Below are positions 9,982-19,609 of a stretch of 64,000 bases of DNA, one piece after another. The translations under genes were made by a program, and so were the position numbers. Position 1 is the first letter of the stretch. Every line of letters starts with the position of its first letter. The notes below the pieces were generated by a model. The model was given only the letters and a program-made list of their open reading frames with translations, was not told the DNA's origin and did no database searches. Location: positions 1 to 64,000 of the IMG/VR virus record IMGVR_UViG_2703719303_000002; one strand, 5' to 3'. This DNA comes from a virus. Its lineage: Duplodnaviria > Caudoviricetes.

Positions 9982-10524
9982 TTACAAGAAATCTTTTAAT
10001 GACTCACATAAAGCTTTTGCTTCATACCAATCTCTAGCCCTCACAAACCTGTTTTCGCTTTTGTTATGGTGTGCATCAAACAAGATTTTATTTCCCTTAA
10101 AGTTTTCTAAATTTAGTGGGTTATCATCAATTAAAATATCTAAGTGTACTAAGCCTTTATTATGACAAAATATAATATTTTGATAAGATATAAAAGGGAA
10201 CTTCTCTTTAATCCAATTTCCTTTATCTTCACATACTTTATAATGTGTTGCTGATACAATATAAATATTAAAAATTGATGTTAATTCCTCTAGGGCTGTT
10301 TCAGCAAATGGTTGCACACCTAAATTTCTAAAGAAATGAGGTTCTTTCAGGATATCATAGATTTTTTTACCACATTCAGGCTTTACATAATTTTCTATAT
10401 CCCAGCCCTTTATATCTGATGGCAATAATTTATCCTTATATATTTCATTATATCGTTTTACCCATTCTCTATCTAACGTGTTTAGAGTTGTATCTAAATC
10501 TATTCCTAATGTTGGTTTATTCAT
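9982..10524 (-). CDS. 5'(3')-deoxyribonucleotidase (HAD, NT5C)
   Basis: IDLDTTL DxD motif, LIDDNP, DAHHN. Confidence 0.9.
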   Translation of the reverse strand: MNKPTLGIDLDTTLNTLDREWVKRYNEIYKDKLLPSDIKGWDIENYVKPECGKKIYDILKEPHFFRNLGVQPFAETALEELTSIFNIYIVSATHYKVCEDKGNWIKEKFPFISYQNIIFCHNKGLVHLDILIDDNPLNLENFKGNKILFDAHHNKSENRFVRARDWYEAKALCESLKDFL

Positions 10525-11104
10525 TTATAACACCCCACTTAGCTAACATTCCTTTAACTTTTAAAAAATTTTCCAAAGATGTTTTTCCATATACCTTTTC
10601 GATATCAGGATCTAATTCTACTTTTTGAAATGCAGTTAAATCATCTAACATCCTTCTGTAAAATTCAAGAAAAAAATCCTTACGGTTACTTTTAACCTTT
10701 TCCTTTTCTCGTTCTAAAAATCTTTTAATTTTTGTCTTTTCAGGACATTGTAGAAAAATACCCTTTACATTTTGTTTTCCAAATTTATTTATTAAAGTAT
10801 AGTATCCACCTTGATCAACAATAATAAATTGGTTTACTTTTGGGTTTACTGCAATTTTGGGTAATCCATAGTACCATATTCCTTCTTTTGTTTTATATTT
10901 CCGATACTCTACATATTGATCTAAAGATAAACCATGCAAAAATTCTTTTTCAGTTATAAAATTATACTCTTTACCTTGCTGCTCACCCTCTCGAATAGTT
11001 CTAGTTGTATTTGAAATGCAAATACGAATACCTGTGGCAGCATAAAGCATTTTTAATACTGTATCTTTACCAACACATGATCCACCCATAAGAGCAATTA
11101 ACAC
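10517..11104 (-). CDS. gmk: Guanylate kinase-like protein
   Basis: P-loop GGSCVGKDT, TTRTIREGE..GKEYNF, WYYG. Confidence 0.88.
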   Translation of the reverse strand: MLIALMGGSCVGKDTVLKMLYAATGIRICISNTTRTIREGEQQGKEYNFITEKEFLHGLSLDQYVEYRKYKTKEGIWYYGLPKIAVNPKVNQFIIVDQGGYYTLINKFGKQNVKGIFLQCPEKTKIKRFLEREKEKVKSNRKDFFLEFYRRMLDDLTAFQKVELDPDIEKVYGKTSLENFLKVKGMLAKWGVINE

Positions 11105-12252
11105 TAACGCTCACTCCTTTCAATTTCTTCTTCAAGTAGTATTAACACTAATTTTTTTATTACCCTATTGATTGAGAAATTACCTCTATTTATATCTTGA
11201 AAAAGACACTTTCGTGATACATTTCCCATCTTAATAATAATTACGTTCTTTTTTCTATCTACAGATATTTTCAAGTCTTTTATGTTAAATAAATTATTTA
11301 AAGATGTTTTTATTTTTTCTTCTTTTCTTTCTTCTTTTTTATAGTTTTCATTTAACTCTTCAATAGCCACATTTATATTTTTTATTACTTCTTTAGCATG
11401 TTCAATAGTTTCTGCATCATATGAAAAAAACATTTTATCACCCTTATCGTCTGTTCCCTTTAAATACAAATTATGCTCTGACATATAAGGAGAATCTATA
11501 CTTTTTAAATTAATACCATTGGTGGCTTTGAATCTAAAACTTCCTCTTTTAATAATCTCCTCATCTTGGTAAAGTATCCTTCCAATAATTAAATTACTCA
11601 TTTGTCTTAACTCTACTTTTAAAACAACACTTTGTTTAGCTTGAGAATTATTAAAAAGTTTTGCTTCTACAAAACCATACTTTTCTCCTTGAGCGATATC
11701 AGAAAAAGATTTAAACTTCTCTTTATATCCTAAATACAAATTGTTAAATTTACCATTTAGACTTGATCCTTTAAACCCATTTATAAAAGCTTCATTTTTA
11801 ATATTTTTTATAATAAAATTCTTCCCACATATGATATCTATTACATCTCCCACTCTAAATATTTCTCCTTGATTTTTAAATGCGTAATCCCCAATATATC
11901 CATAAAAGCTTTCATCTTTTTTATATTTAAGTTCTCCTCGAAAAAGAAACACTTGAATACAATTATCAAAATAAATATCTCCATCTTTTAAATCTTTATA
12001 ACTTTTAACAATTTTCCAATTATTAAAGTTTTCCTCAAGAATATCTTCTATTGTAGATGCTTCCCTCCCCATAATAAATGGATAACTACAAACACTCTTA
12101 TTCTCAACAAATATAGATATTCTATTCCCAATTTTTATTACATCTCCAATATGAAAAACTCCTTTAGGTGTTTTTATTTCTTTCCCTATCTCTCCAAAGC
12201 AACTACCACTTCTATAATATAACTTTCCTAACATAATACATTTCTCCTTCAT
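11104..12252 (-). CDS. Hypothetical protein with internal repeat (true start may be the second Met)
   Basis: 382 aa; duplicated G..IG....G..F.(I/V)GDVI unit; AAGGAG lies inside the first codons. Confidence 0.7.
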   Translation of the reverse strand: MKEKCIMLGKLYYRSGSCFGEIGKEIKTPKGVFHIGDVIKIGNRISIFVENKSVCSYPFIMGREASTIEDILEENFNNWKIVKSYKDLKDGDIYFDNCIQVFLFRGELKYKKDESFYGYIGDYAFKNQGEIFRVGDVIDIICGKNFIIKNIKNEAFINGFKGSSLNGKFNNLYLGYKEKFKSFSDIAQGEKYGFVEAKLFNNSQAKQSVVLKVELRQMSNLIIGRILYQDEEIIKRGSFRFKATNGINLKSIDSPYMSEHNLYLKGTDDKGDKMFFSYDAETIEHAKEVIKNINVAIEELNENYKKEERKEEKIKTSLNNLFNIKDLKISVDRKKNVIIIKMGNVSRKCLFQDINRGNFSINRVIKKLVLILLEEEIERSER

Positions 12253-12340
12253 ATACTAATTGTTATTAGTATATTGAATTTTTTTATTCTTTTAACATTT
12301 AGCTATCCTAATATAATAAGGACTACTCTCTATTTACACC

Positions 12341-12508
12341 TCACTTTCTTTTGAAGAACTCCACTTCTTTATAAGAGTATCCACAAAGCAACCAGAGAAA
12401 TCCTACTCCAAACCTGTTTGGGTGCCATATTCCTAAAAAAGATAATATAGCCATTAAGCAACAAATTATTACTCCAACAATATCTAATTTTTTAATACTA
12501 ATCACCAC
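12341..12508 (-). CDS. 55-aa membrane protein, first gene after the operator-containing promoter at 12526-12554
   Basis: GTG start after GAGGTG; two hydrophobic segments (IVGVIICCLMAILSFLGIW; FGVGFLWLLCGY). Confidence 0.55.
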   Translation of the reverse strand: MVISIKKLDIVGVIICCLMAILSFLGIWHPNRFGVGFLWLLCGYSYKEVEFFKRK

Positions 12509-12525
12509 CTTTTCACCTCACAGTT

Positions 12526-12554
12526 ATATTACCATACTAATTGTCATAAGTCAA
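12526..12554 (-). promoter_or_regulatory. Promoter with 18-bp operator in spacer
   Basis: TTGACT-N17-TAATAT with ACTTATGACAATTAGTAT spanning the -35 and spacer. Confidence 0.75.
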
Positions 12555-12660
12555 TATAGTATCAATAATAAAGATAAATGAGATATCTACTTTGTATTTC
12601 TTATAAGATAAAAACAGCATAAACTTATACATACAAGCTATACTTTCCCCATTAGATATT

Positions 12661-12716
12661 AAAATAGTGTTGAAATTAAGAGAGCTTATAAGTCTTCTTA
12701 ATTCCAACACTATTTT
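12661..12716. terminator. Long hairpin after RRNPP peptide gene
   Basis: AAAATAGTGTTGaAATTAAGA / TCTTAATTcCAACACTATTTT. Confidence 0.8.
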
Positions 12717-12736
12717 ACCTTATTACTTTATATCTC

Positions 12737-12862
12737 TTACCATGGTGCATCAGGAAACATTGATAATATTGATATTCCACCTTTAGTTGTTACCAAAACA
12801 CCTATTACTAATGTTAAAACTAGCATTGATAAAAACTTTTTGTGCTTTTTTAAAAAGAACAT
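12737..12862 (-). CDS. RRNPP signalling pre-peptide (41 aa)
   Basis: MFFLKKHKKFLSMLVLTLVIGVLVTTKGGISILSMFPDAPW: basic N-terminus, hydrophobic core, Pro/Trp C-terminal tail; RBS GGGGAG; 11 nt after receptor stop. Confidence 0.88.
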   Translation of the reverse strand: MFFLKKHKKFLSMLVLTLVIGVLVTTKGGISILSMFPDAPW

Positions 12863-12873
12863 ATCTACTCCCC

Positions 12874-14178
12874 CTATGAAATTCTTTTATTAAAATTATA
12901 TAATTCTTTAAGCGTTTGTATGTCTTCTGCTTCTAAATAAAATTCTATCAGTTTACATTCGAGATTTCTAGATATTTTTTTCTCCCTTCCACAGATTACA
13001 AAAAACTCATCCTTCATTTTTGATATACTTTTTTCATCATTTAGTGAAATATATATATCTATTAAATCTGAAAGTATATCTTTTATCAAAGAGTTACGAT
13101 TGAATTTTTTAGCATAATTTAAAGCTATATAATAAAATTTTTCTGCCTTTTTTGTTTCATTCAGTTTTGAATGCATTCTTCCTACTTCACAATAAGTATT
13201 TGGTAAATACTTATTGTTTTGGTTCAAATTATTTATGTATTCATCTACAATATTTAAAACTTCTTTTGCCTTTTCCTTATTGTTAAGTTCCATATGAATA
13301 TAAATTGAATTAATTAAAGCCACTAAATAGCTTTGACAGTTATCCTTATTTATATTATTGATTATTCTTTCATTTAAATCTAGACTTTCAGCATACCTCT
13401 CAAGTTCTCCAAAACAAACAACTTTTTGATTCATGACAGCATAATACCTATCCATACCTATTCTCTGAACTTTTTTTTCAATCTTTTCTAATCTTTTTAA
13501 GGCTTTATCATATTCTTTAAGCTTAATGTAACATAACGCACTATTATACATGAAAATACAATAATATTCTTCATTTATGTTTTTAAAGTTATTTATTGCA
13601 AAGTCACAGCACTTTATGTTCTCATCATATTTGTCCATATAAAAATACACCATGGACAATTTTCGTAAAATAGATATAAGATTATCACTATAAATAGTAT
13701 TATCCATCAATGCTTTGGCTTTTTCGTAATACATACAACTATTATGTAAGTCATTCGTATTAAAAAAGTAATCTCCAGCTAATTCAAAAATAATAATTTT
13801 TTTATCAATTATATTCCAATTTACGGTGAAGTTTTCGACTTCATCTAATTTATTTTGAAACATTCCATCCTTATAAACACTTAAATCCTTAAGTTCTGTT
13901 ATATATCTATCAAGTATTTTATTAGCTTGTGATTCCTCATCCTCTAATAAATACTCTATATCCTCATCAGTCTCTATATCCCGATTGTTACATATTCCCT
14001 GTAAATTTTTAAACATAATTTCAGCTGCATGTCTAGTTAGTCTTGCCTTTCCATGTTCTATCTGGCTTATAAGGTTTCTTGTTATTTCATTTCCCGCTAG
14101 ATCATCTTGATTTAATTTATATTTCTCTCTTAGTTTTTTTAACTTCACACCTGTAGGTAATATCTCATAGACACACAT
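12874..14178 (-). CDS. RRNPP-family peptide receptor (XRE HTH + TPRs)
   Basis: N-terminal LKKLREKYKLNQDDLAG..ISQIEHG HTH; TPR-like helical repeats; adjacent pre-peptide. Confidence 0.9.
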   Translation of the reverse strand: MCVYEILPTGVKLKKLREKYKLNQDDLAGNEITRNLISQIEHGKARLTRHAAEIMFKNLQGICNNRDIETDEDIEYLLEDEESQANKILDRYITELKDLSVYKDGMFQNKLDEVENFTVNWNIIDKKIIIFELAGDYFFNTNDLHNSCMYYEKAKALMDNTIYSDNLISILRKLSMVYFYMDKYDENIKCCDFAINNFKNINEEYYCIFMYNSALCYIKLKEYDKALKRLEKIEKKVQRIGMDRYYAVMNQKVVCFGELERYAESLDLNERIINNINKDNCQSYLVALINSIYIHMELNNKEKAKEVLNIVDEYINNLNQNNKYLPNTYCEVGRMHSKLNETKKAEKFYYIALNYAKKFNRNSLIKDILSDLIDIYISLNDEKSISKMKDEFFVICGREKKISRNLECKLIEFYLEAEDIQTLKELYNFNKRIS

Positions 14179-14219
14179 ATGACAAAACTCTCCTTACAGT
14201 AATAAATTTTATTTACTAT

Positions 14220-14248
14220 ATAATAGCATCATATGGAATTAATGTCAA
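14220..14248 (-). promoter_or_regulatory. sigmaA promoter of RRNPP cassette (no phage operator)
   Basis: TTGACA-N17-TATTAT with extended TG. Confidence 0.75.
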
Positions 14249-14251
14249 ACT

Positions 14252-14298
14252 AAAAAAAATAGCTCACTATTTCTTCTATATGGTAGTGAGCTATTTTT
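14252..14298 (-). terminator. Terminator insulating RRNPP cassette
   Basis: AAAAATAGCTCACTA / TAGTGAGCTATTTTT. Confidence 0.8.
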
Positions 14299-14507
14299 CT
14301 AACATTTTTACTATTTTAATTTATTTATATTGTTCATCTCTATTGAGATTCTCCTGATACTTTATATCTAATTTACTTCTTTTTAAGTATATACCTTCAC
14401 TATAGAAGTTTCTGAAACTTTAACATTTGAAAATATTATACTAACCTTTATCCTCAGAAAATACATGTTTATTTTTTATATTTATAATCAATCTTCTATA
14501 TATTTAT

Positions 14508-14873
14508 CTATTTTATTAACATGCTACTTAAAAATATAATATAGAACATATATCCATAATAAACAATATCTAATATTGTAAAGGTAATATTCACCAAGCT
14601 TAATTTTGAATATTTATCTATTTTTATCTTAAGCTTTGCTCTATCTTCCAAGTTATTGAGGTCTATTTTTCTTTTGTTTTTAGTAGATTTTATTATAGTA
14701 AATGAAATTGTAATAATAAATATACATATCATTATAAGTGTTAGATATTTGTATCTGTCATAATTTAATTCATTGATATAATATCCGATTTCAACAATTA
14801 TATCTATTGTGACAAGAATAAGTCCCAACAGTCCTATAAGAGAACCTTTTATTAAATTCTCTTTTTCTATCAT
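14508..14873 (-). CDS. Membrane protein (about 3 TM)
   Basis: Three hydrophobic segments. Confidence 0.6.
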   Translation of the reverse strand: MIEKENLIKGSLIGLLGLILVTIDIIVEIGYYINELNYDRYKYLTLIMICIFIITISFTIIKSTKNKRKIDLNNLEDRAKLKIKIDKYSKLSLVNITFTILDIVYYGYMFYIIFLSSMLIK

Positions 14874-15154
14874 TCTTGATCTTTTTCGTAAGTATTTAAA
14901 ATCTTGTTTCTAGATAGAAAAAACAAATATTCAACTAAACTTCCTTTGAATAAATGAATTAAAGACAGTACTAAGAAAATATTGTTAATAATTTCAACAT
15001 AAATTTACCTCATTTGCATTATTTTATTTTCTGTAAAAATCTCCTTATTGCTATGACAAAGTTCTAAATCCATATTGCTTGTCCTATTATCTTTTTTACA
15101 AAGATATTCATATATTAGATCGTTAAAATATTTCTTGAAAATATATCCTTTTCC

Positions 15155-15760
15155 CTATTTAATTACTACTTTTTCTTGTGATTTCTGAATTTCTATTTTA
15201 CCTGTTACATCTTCACCAGTTTCTTTGTTATAAACTCTGCCATCAATTATTTCTAACTTAGTTTTTAAGTTTTTCCAATTTAAAGTTTTTACTGTCTGTT
15301 CTTCAATAAATGAGGGAAATGTTTTAAGCAAATCTTCATTAAGATCAGGTTTTATAAGTGTTTCCTGTGGTATTTTTATTTGCACTGTACCTGATAAAAA
15401 TTTCAAGCTATATTGAGTTTTTGTTTTCTTCTTATTTTTATCTGACATTACTGCTTGTTTTAGATTAAAAGCAATCCATTTCTTTTGTTTCTCTAGTTTA
15501 GAAATCTGGCTATTTAATTTTAAATCTAAATTATCTTTTTTCTCTTTATAAATAGACTTAAACCTTTCTTGCTGCTCTTCTAACTCTTTATATTTTTCAA
15601 TAGCATCATCTATGCTACCATCAGAATAAAATGCTAGTTTTTTAACTTCTTCAGCATCTTTTTTCTCCTCATCTGTAATAAATAGAGAATTAAAAAAATC
15701 CTCTATACTATTTTTATTGTTTTTATCTATCATTTGGTTTTTTTCTTTATTTTCTGACAT
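15155..15760 (-). CDS. Mu Gam-like host-nuclease inhibitor
   Basis: Coiled-coil N-terminus then KKKTKTQYSLKFLSGTVQIK..LNWKNLK. Confidence 0.7.
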   Translation of the reverse strand: MSENKEKNQMIDKNNKNSIEDFFNSLFITDEEKKDAEEVKKLAFYSDGSIDDAIEKYKELEEQQERFKSIYKEKKDNLDLKLNSQISKLEKQKKWIAFNLKQAVMSDKNKKKTKTQYSLKFLSGTVQIKIPQETLIKPDLNEDLLKTFPSFIEEQTVKTLNWKNLKTKLEIIDGRVYNKETGEDVTGKIEIQKSQEKVVIK

Positions 15761-15798
15761 AATATATCTCTCCTCTTAATTGTTTTAACTTTTATAAC

Positions 15799-16011
15799 TT
15801 AAAGTTCCCAACAACCATAAGCATAATGCCCTAATTGTCTACCACATTCTTTACATTTAACTATATATTCTACCATCCAATGTTCTTCATAGTACTCATT
15901 GATATTTCCCAAATTAGTACACCCACAAAAACATTTTAATGGAGTACCATCTTTTGCTATTAATCCATCTTCTATCTTCTTATCAATATATTTTTTATAT
16001 TCATCTTCCAA
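15799..16011 (-). CDS. Zn-ribbon hypothetical protein
   Basis: CFCGC..CKECG. Confidence 0.6.
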   Translation of the reverse strand: MEDEYKKYIDKKIEDGLIAKDGTPLKCFCGCTNLGNINEYYEEHWMVEYIVKCKECGRQLGHYAYGCWEL

Positions 16012-16065
16012 TATCTATTCAGTCCTTTTCAACAGCATTTAATCATACTAACCGTTATAAGTTCA

Positions 16066-16539
16066 TTACTCTATTCCAGTAGAACCAAAACCCTTATTTG
16101 CTCTTTTTGTATTACTTAAATTATCAATTATATTTAATTTGTATCTTCTGAATTTGGCAAAAACTAATTGTCCCAACCTGTCACCTTCATGTATGACAAA
16201 TGGTTCATTGCTTGTGTTTAATAAAATTATACCTATATCGCCCCTATAATCATTATCAATTGTACCAAGTATAGCGGTAATACCATGCTCTAAAGCAAGA
16301 CCACTCCTAGGTCTTAATTGGGCTTCTATATTAGGAGGTAACTCAATATGAACTCCCGTTTTTATTAAAATCCTTTTATGAGGGTTTAAATAAAAATCAC
16401 CTGAAAATTTATGCATTTCTTTACTTTTGGGTAAAATATATCTCCACGCTCTTAAGTCTAGTCCTACTGATCCCTCCGTTTTATACTGAGGTAAAAATCT
16501 CATATCTTCAAAATCCACTTTACACTTTATTTTTTTCAT
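16066..16539 (-). CDS. dut: dUTPase
   Basis: GLDL, RPRSGLA, GTIDNDYRG, GDRLGQL, RANKGFGSTG. Confidence 0.96.
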   Translation of the reverse strand: MKKIKCKVDFEDMRFLPQYKTEGSVGLDLRAWRYILPKSKEMHKFSGDFYLNPHKRILIKTGVHIELPPNIEAQLRPRSGLALEHGITAILGTIDNDYRGDIGIILLNTSNEPFVIHEGDRLGQLVFAKFRRYKLNIIDNLSNTKRANKGFGSTGIE

Positions 16540-16548
16540 AACTTATTT

Positions 16549-18648
16549 TTATTCCTCTCTATATATATGTTTTTCCGTTACTTGTGATATTCTATCAGCT
16601 CTTTCTGCTGCTTTTCCAGCACCAAATCTTTCATCTAAACTTAAATATCCTGTAACTCTTGATATTCCCTGAATATCGTGGCTTCCGCACTTATTGCACT
16701 TCATATCTGATGCATCCAAATACTTTCCACAGTCCTTGCAATATCTTATATGAAAATTCATTCCAATATAACTTATATTAGTGTTTTCATAAGCATATTT
16801 AACTATATTCATTACAGTTTCTTCATTTGGATAACCATCAAGTTCTATATATGATATATGTCCACCATTACATAATTTGTGATAAGGTGCTTCAATACTT
16901 ATTTTTTTCTTTATAGATATACCAAAACTAACTGGTATATGATAACTATTAGTATAGTAATCCTTGTCTGTAACGCCTTTTATGTTTCCAAAACGAATCT
17001 TATCTTTAGCTATAAACTTTCCAGACAAGCCCTCTGCTGGTGTAGCATAACAGCTCCAATTTAGATTAATTTCTTTTGTCATTTTATCCGTATAATCTCT
17101 TATATATGAAATTATCTTAAATCCAAGTTCTTTTGCTTCTTCTGTTTCTCCATGATGATGTCCTGTAAGTGCCACAAGTGTTTCTGCAAGTCCAATAAAT
17201 CCAATAGCCCAAGTTCCTTGTCTTAAAACTGGTTCTATTGAGTCATTTGATTTTAAATTTTCAGAACCTTTCATAAGGCTTTGTCCCATAACAAATGGTA
17301 AATCTTTAACTTTTAACTTTTTAAGCACACTATATCTGTGAAGCAAGCTTTCTTTTGCGATTTCAAGTCTTGAATGTAAAAGTTCAAAGAATTTATCTAC
17401 ATCACCTTTTGCAAGTATACCTAGTCTTGGTAAGTTAATAGTTGTAGGTGCTATATTTCCTCGTCCTATTGAACCTTCTTCACCATTAATATTAGAACAT
17501 ACATAGGTTCTACATCCCATAGTTGCTGGTATTATACCTTTATCATAATACTCTTTATTAAAATCAGCATCTATATTCATAAATGTAGGGTTCATTCTTT
17601 TAGCTGTGACTCTACAAGCTAGTTTAAATAAATAATAGTATGGATCATTTTCGTTTCTATTCACGCCACTTTTAACTCTAAAAATTATATTAGGAAAAAT
17701 TGGCTGTTCACCATTTCCAAGTCCTTTTTCATATTCCTCTAGAAATATTCTACATACAAGTGCAGCATCCTTAGATCTTGGTATTCCAATATTTATAGAC
17801 GAAAATGGCACTTGTGAACCAGCTCTACTATGCATTGTATTTAAATTATATATTACACCTTGCATAGCCTGATGTATTCTATGTTTTAATTCTTCTTCTA
17901 TTCTTGTATTATCTATTCTCCCAATTGCACTAAGATTTTTTCTTATTTCCTGTCTAGTTGGCTCAACAAACTCAGCCATATCGTTATCAAAATCAGGATG
18001 TGACTGACCTCCAAACATATCATTTTGCGTTGATTGTAGAAGTATGCATGAAAGTTCCGAAGCTGATTCTATCCTCTTTGGTGGTTTTATATATCCATAA
18101 CCTGTATTAAATCCACTTTGTAGAACTTCTTTTGTCGGAATATGAAGGCAGTTTGTAGTTAAATTATAGCTATCTAAATCATGAATATAAATGTCTCCAT
18201 TCTCATGCGCTTGAGCTATTTTCCTTGGCATTTTTAATAAGTTATGAACTTTATTAGATTCACTCGCTATTCTAAGAAGCTTTGAACTAAAATTATTCCC
18301 AACATTAGCGTTATCTCTATCGGTTTCTACCCCTATCTTGTCTATAATCTTCATAAGATTAGACTTATCTTGTCTTATTTTTGTCCTTTCTTTTCTGTAA
18401 TCTGAATAAGCCTTTGCAACATTTTTATTATATTTATTTAGGACATCTATTACTATATCTTGAACTTTTTCAATTTCAATTTTTTTCAAGTTTGTTTCAT
18501 CTATTTTCATCAAAATGTCACATAAAGCATCATCATCCCAACATTCGTTTACTTCGATAGATTTTTCTGCTTTTTTTATTGCATGTTCTATTCTTAATAT
18601 ATCAAAATCCTTTTCTCTACCATCACGTTTTATAACTTTTTTTATCAT
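16549..18648 (-). CDS. nrdD: Anaerobic ribonucleoside-triphosphate reductase (class III)
   Basis: N-terminal ATP cone VIKRDG, IYIHDLD, MGCR, ATPAEG, YYTNS, CxxC..CxxC, glycyl-radical RVTGYL. Confidence 0.96.
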   Translation of the reverse strand: MIKKVIKRDGREKDFDILRIEHAIKKAEKSIEVNECWDDDALCDILMKIDETNLKKIEIEKVQDIVIDVLNKYNKNVAKAYSDYRKERTKIRQDKSNLMKIIDKIGVETDRDNANVGNNFSSKLLRIASESNKVHNLLKMPRKIAQAHENGDIYIHDLDSYNLTTNCLHIPTKEVLQSGFNTGYGYIKPPKRIESASELSCILLQSTQNDMFGGQSHPDFDNDMAEFVEPTRQEIRKNLSAIGRIDNTRIEEELKHRIHQAMQGVIYNLNTMHSRAGSQVPFSSINIGIPRSKDAALVCRIFLEEYEKGLGNGEQPIFPNIIFRVKSGVNRNENDPYYYLFKLACRVTAKRMNPTFMNIDADFNKEYYDKGIIPATMGCRTYVCSNINGEEGSIGRGNIAPTTINLPRLGILAKGDVDKFFELLHSRLEIAKESLLHRYSVLKKLKVKDLPFVMGQSLMKGSENLKSNDSIEPVLRQGTWAIGFIGLAETLVALTGHHHGETEEAKELGFKIISYIRDYTDKMTKEINLNWSCYATPAEGLSGKFIAKDKIRFGNIKGVTDKDYYTNSYHIPVSFGISIKKKISIEAPYHKLCNGGHISYIELDGYPNEETVMNIVKYAYENTNISYIGMNFHIRYCKDCGKYLDASDMKCNKCGSHDIQGISRVTGYLSLDERFGAGKAAERADRISQVTEKHIYREE

Positions 18649-18678
18649 TAAACTAACTCCTCCTTACATTTTTAAAAA

Positions 18679-19200
18679 CTATATCGTATGGTCAACATAG
18701 ATATTTTGCATATTCCAACTAGCTACAACACTTGTACCAAATTGATTTTCCAATTCAGATATAGACATAAACCTATATTCTTGTTCAATTTCTGGATATT
18801 TGCAATGATCTACTTTAGATATAAACATTTTAAAAGGTCTTACGTATACTTTTTTTTCTCCATACATAGCCTGATACACTACCACCTTTTCCTTATCTTC
18901 ACTATTTTCAGCTATATAAAGTACTTTATAGTAATTTCCTTTAAAATGCCTATAATATGATCCTTTTTTTATAAGCCTTTCTGCTTTTTCTACTTGAATA
19001 GACATATCAGCACTTTTTGAAACAAAAGTAAGTTTATTTACGTTTCCTAGTTTATCTTTTATTTTAAATATAATAAGACCGTTATTCTTCTTATTATGGC
19101 TTCCATTAAAGATATTTTCTATTTGGAGTATTTCCCCATCCATTAAAATATCTTTCCATTTAGAATTATTTTTATTTGATTCCATATATCCAATCACCAT
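18679..19200 (-). CDS. DUF1653-like domain protein
   Basis: YRHFKGNYYKV..VVYQAMYG..YVRPFKMF. Confidence 0.75.
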   Translation of the reverse strand: MVIGYMESNKNNSKWKDILMDGEILQIENIFNGSHNKKNNGLIIFKIKDKLGNVNKLTFVSKSADMSIQVEKAERLIKKGSYYRHFKGNYYKVLYIAENSEDKEKVVVYQAMYGEKKVYVRPFKMFISKVDHCKYPEIEQEYRFMSISELENQFGTSVVASWNMQNIYVDHTI

Positions 19201-19250
19201 CTTTCCTTTATAATGTATTAAGTGTTAATAATTAATTACATTATAAAAAA

Positions 19251-19541
19251 TCATTTTATTTTTTTATTCTTGTTGGGCTTAAATAAATCTTTGAATTCAC
19301 TTAAATCATTTGCTACACTAATTGCTACAATCTTAATTCCTTTAGCAAATTTATGGTTTAAATTATCATCATAAGTTTTATCATAATACTCCTGTTTCTT
19401 ATCAAAATTTTCTTGATAATTTACTATAATCTCTGGCACAGGAAAGCCCTCTATTTTTATTACTACAGCAACATAACTATAAGCTTGATTTTTTGCCTTT
19501 ATGAAACATTTATCTAATTCTTGCTTTCTTGTTTTTTTCAT
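19251..19541 (-). CDS. Phage hypothetical protein
   Basis: ORF with RBS; PEIIVN..KQEYY..YDDNL. Confidence 0.65.
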   Translation of the reverse strand: MKKTRKQELDKCFIKAKNQAYSYVAVVIKIEGFPVPEIIVNYQENFDKKQEYYDKTYDDNLNHKFAKGIKIVAISVANDLSEFKDLFKPNKNKKIK

Positions 19542-19609
19542 ATTATTTACACTTCCTTGTTAGATTTTTACTCTTACTATTACTAAAACAAAGTATTTTA
19601 TTTCAGACT

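Noticed and set aside
19215-19232. Weak extra operator copy GTATTAAGTGTTAATAAT
   Set aside because: Too many mismatches in the conserved arms to count without a PWM
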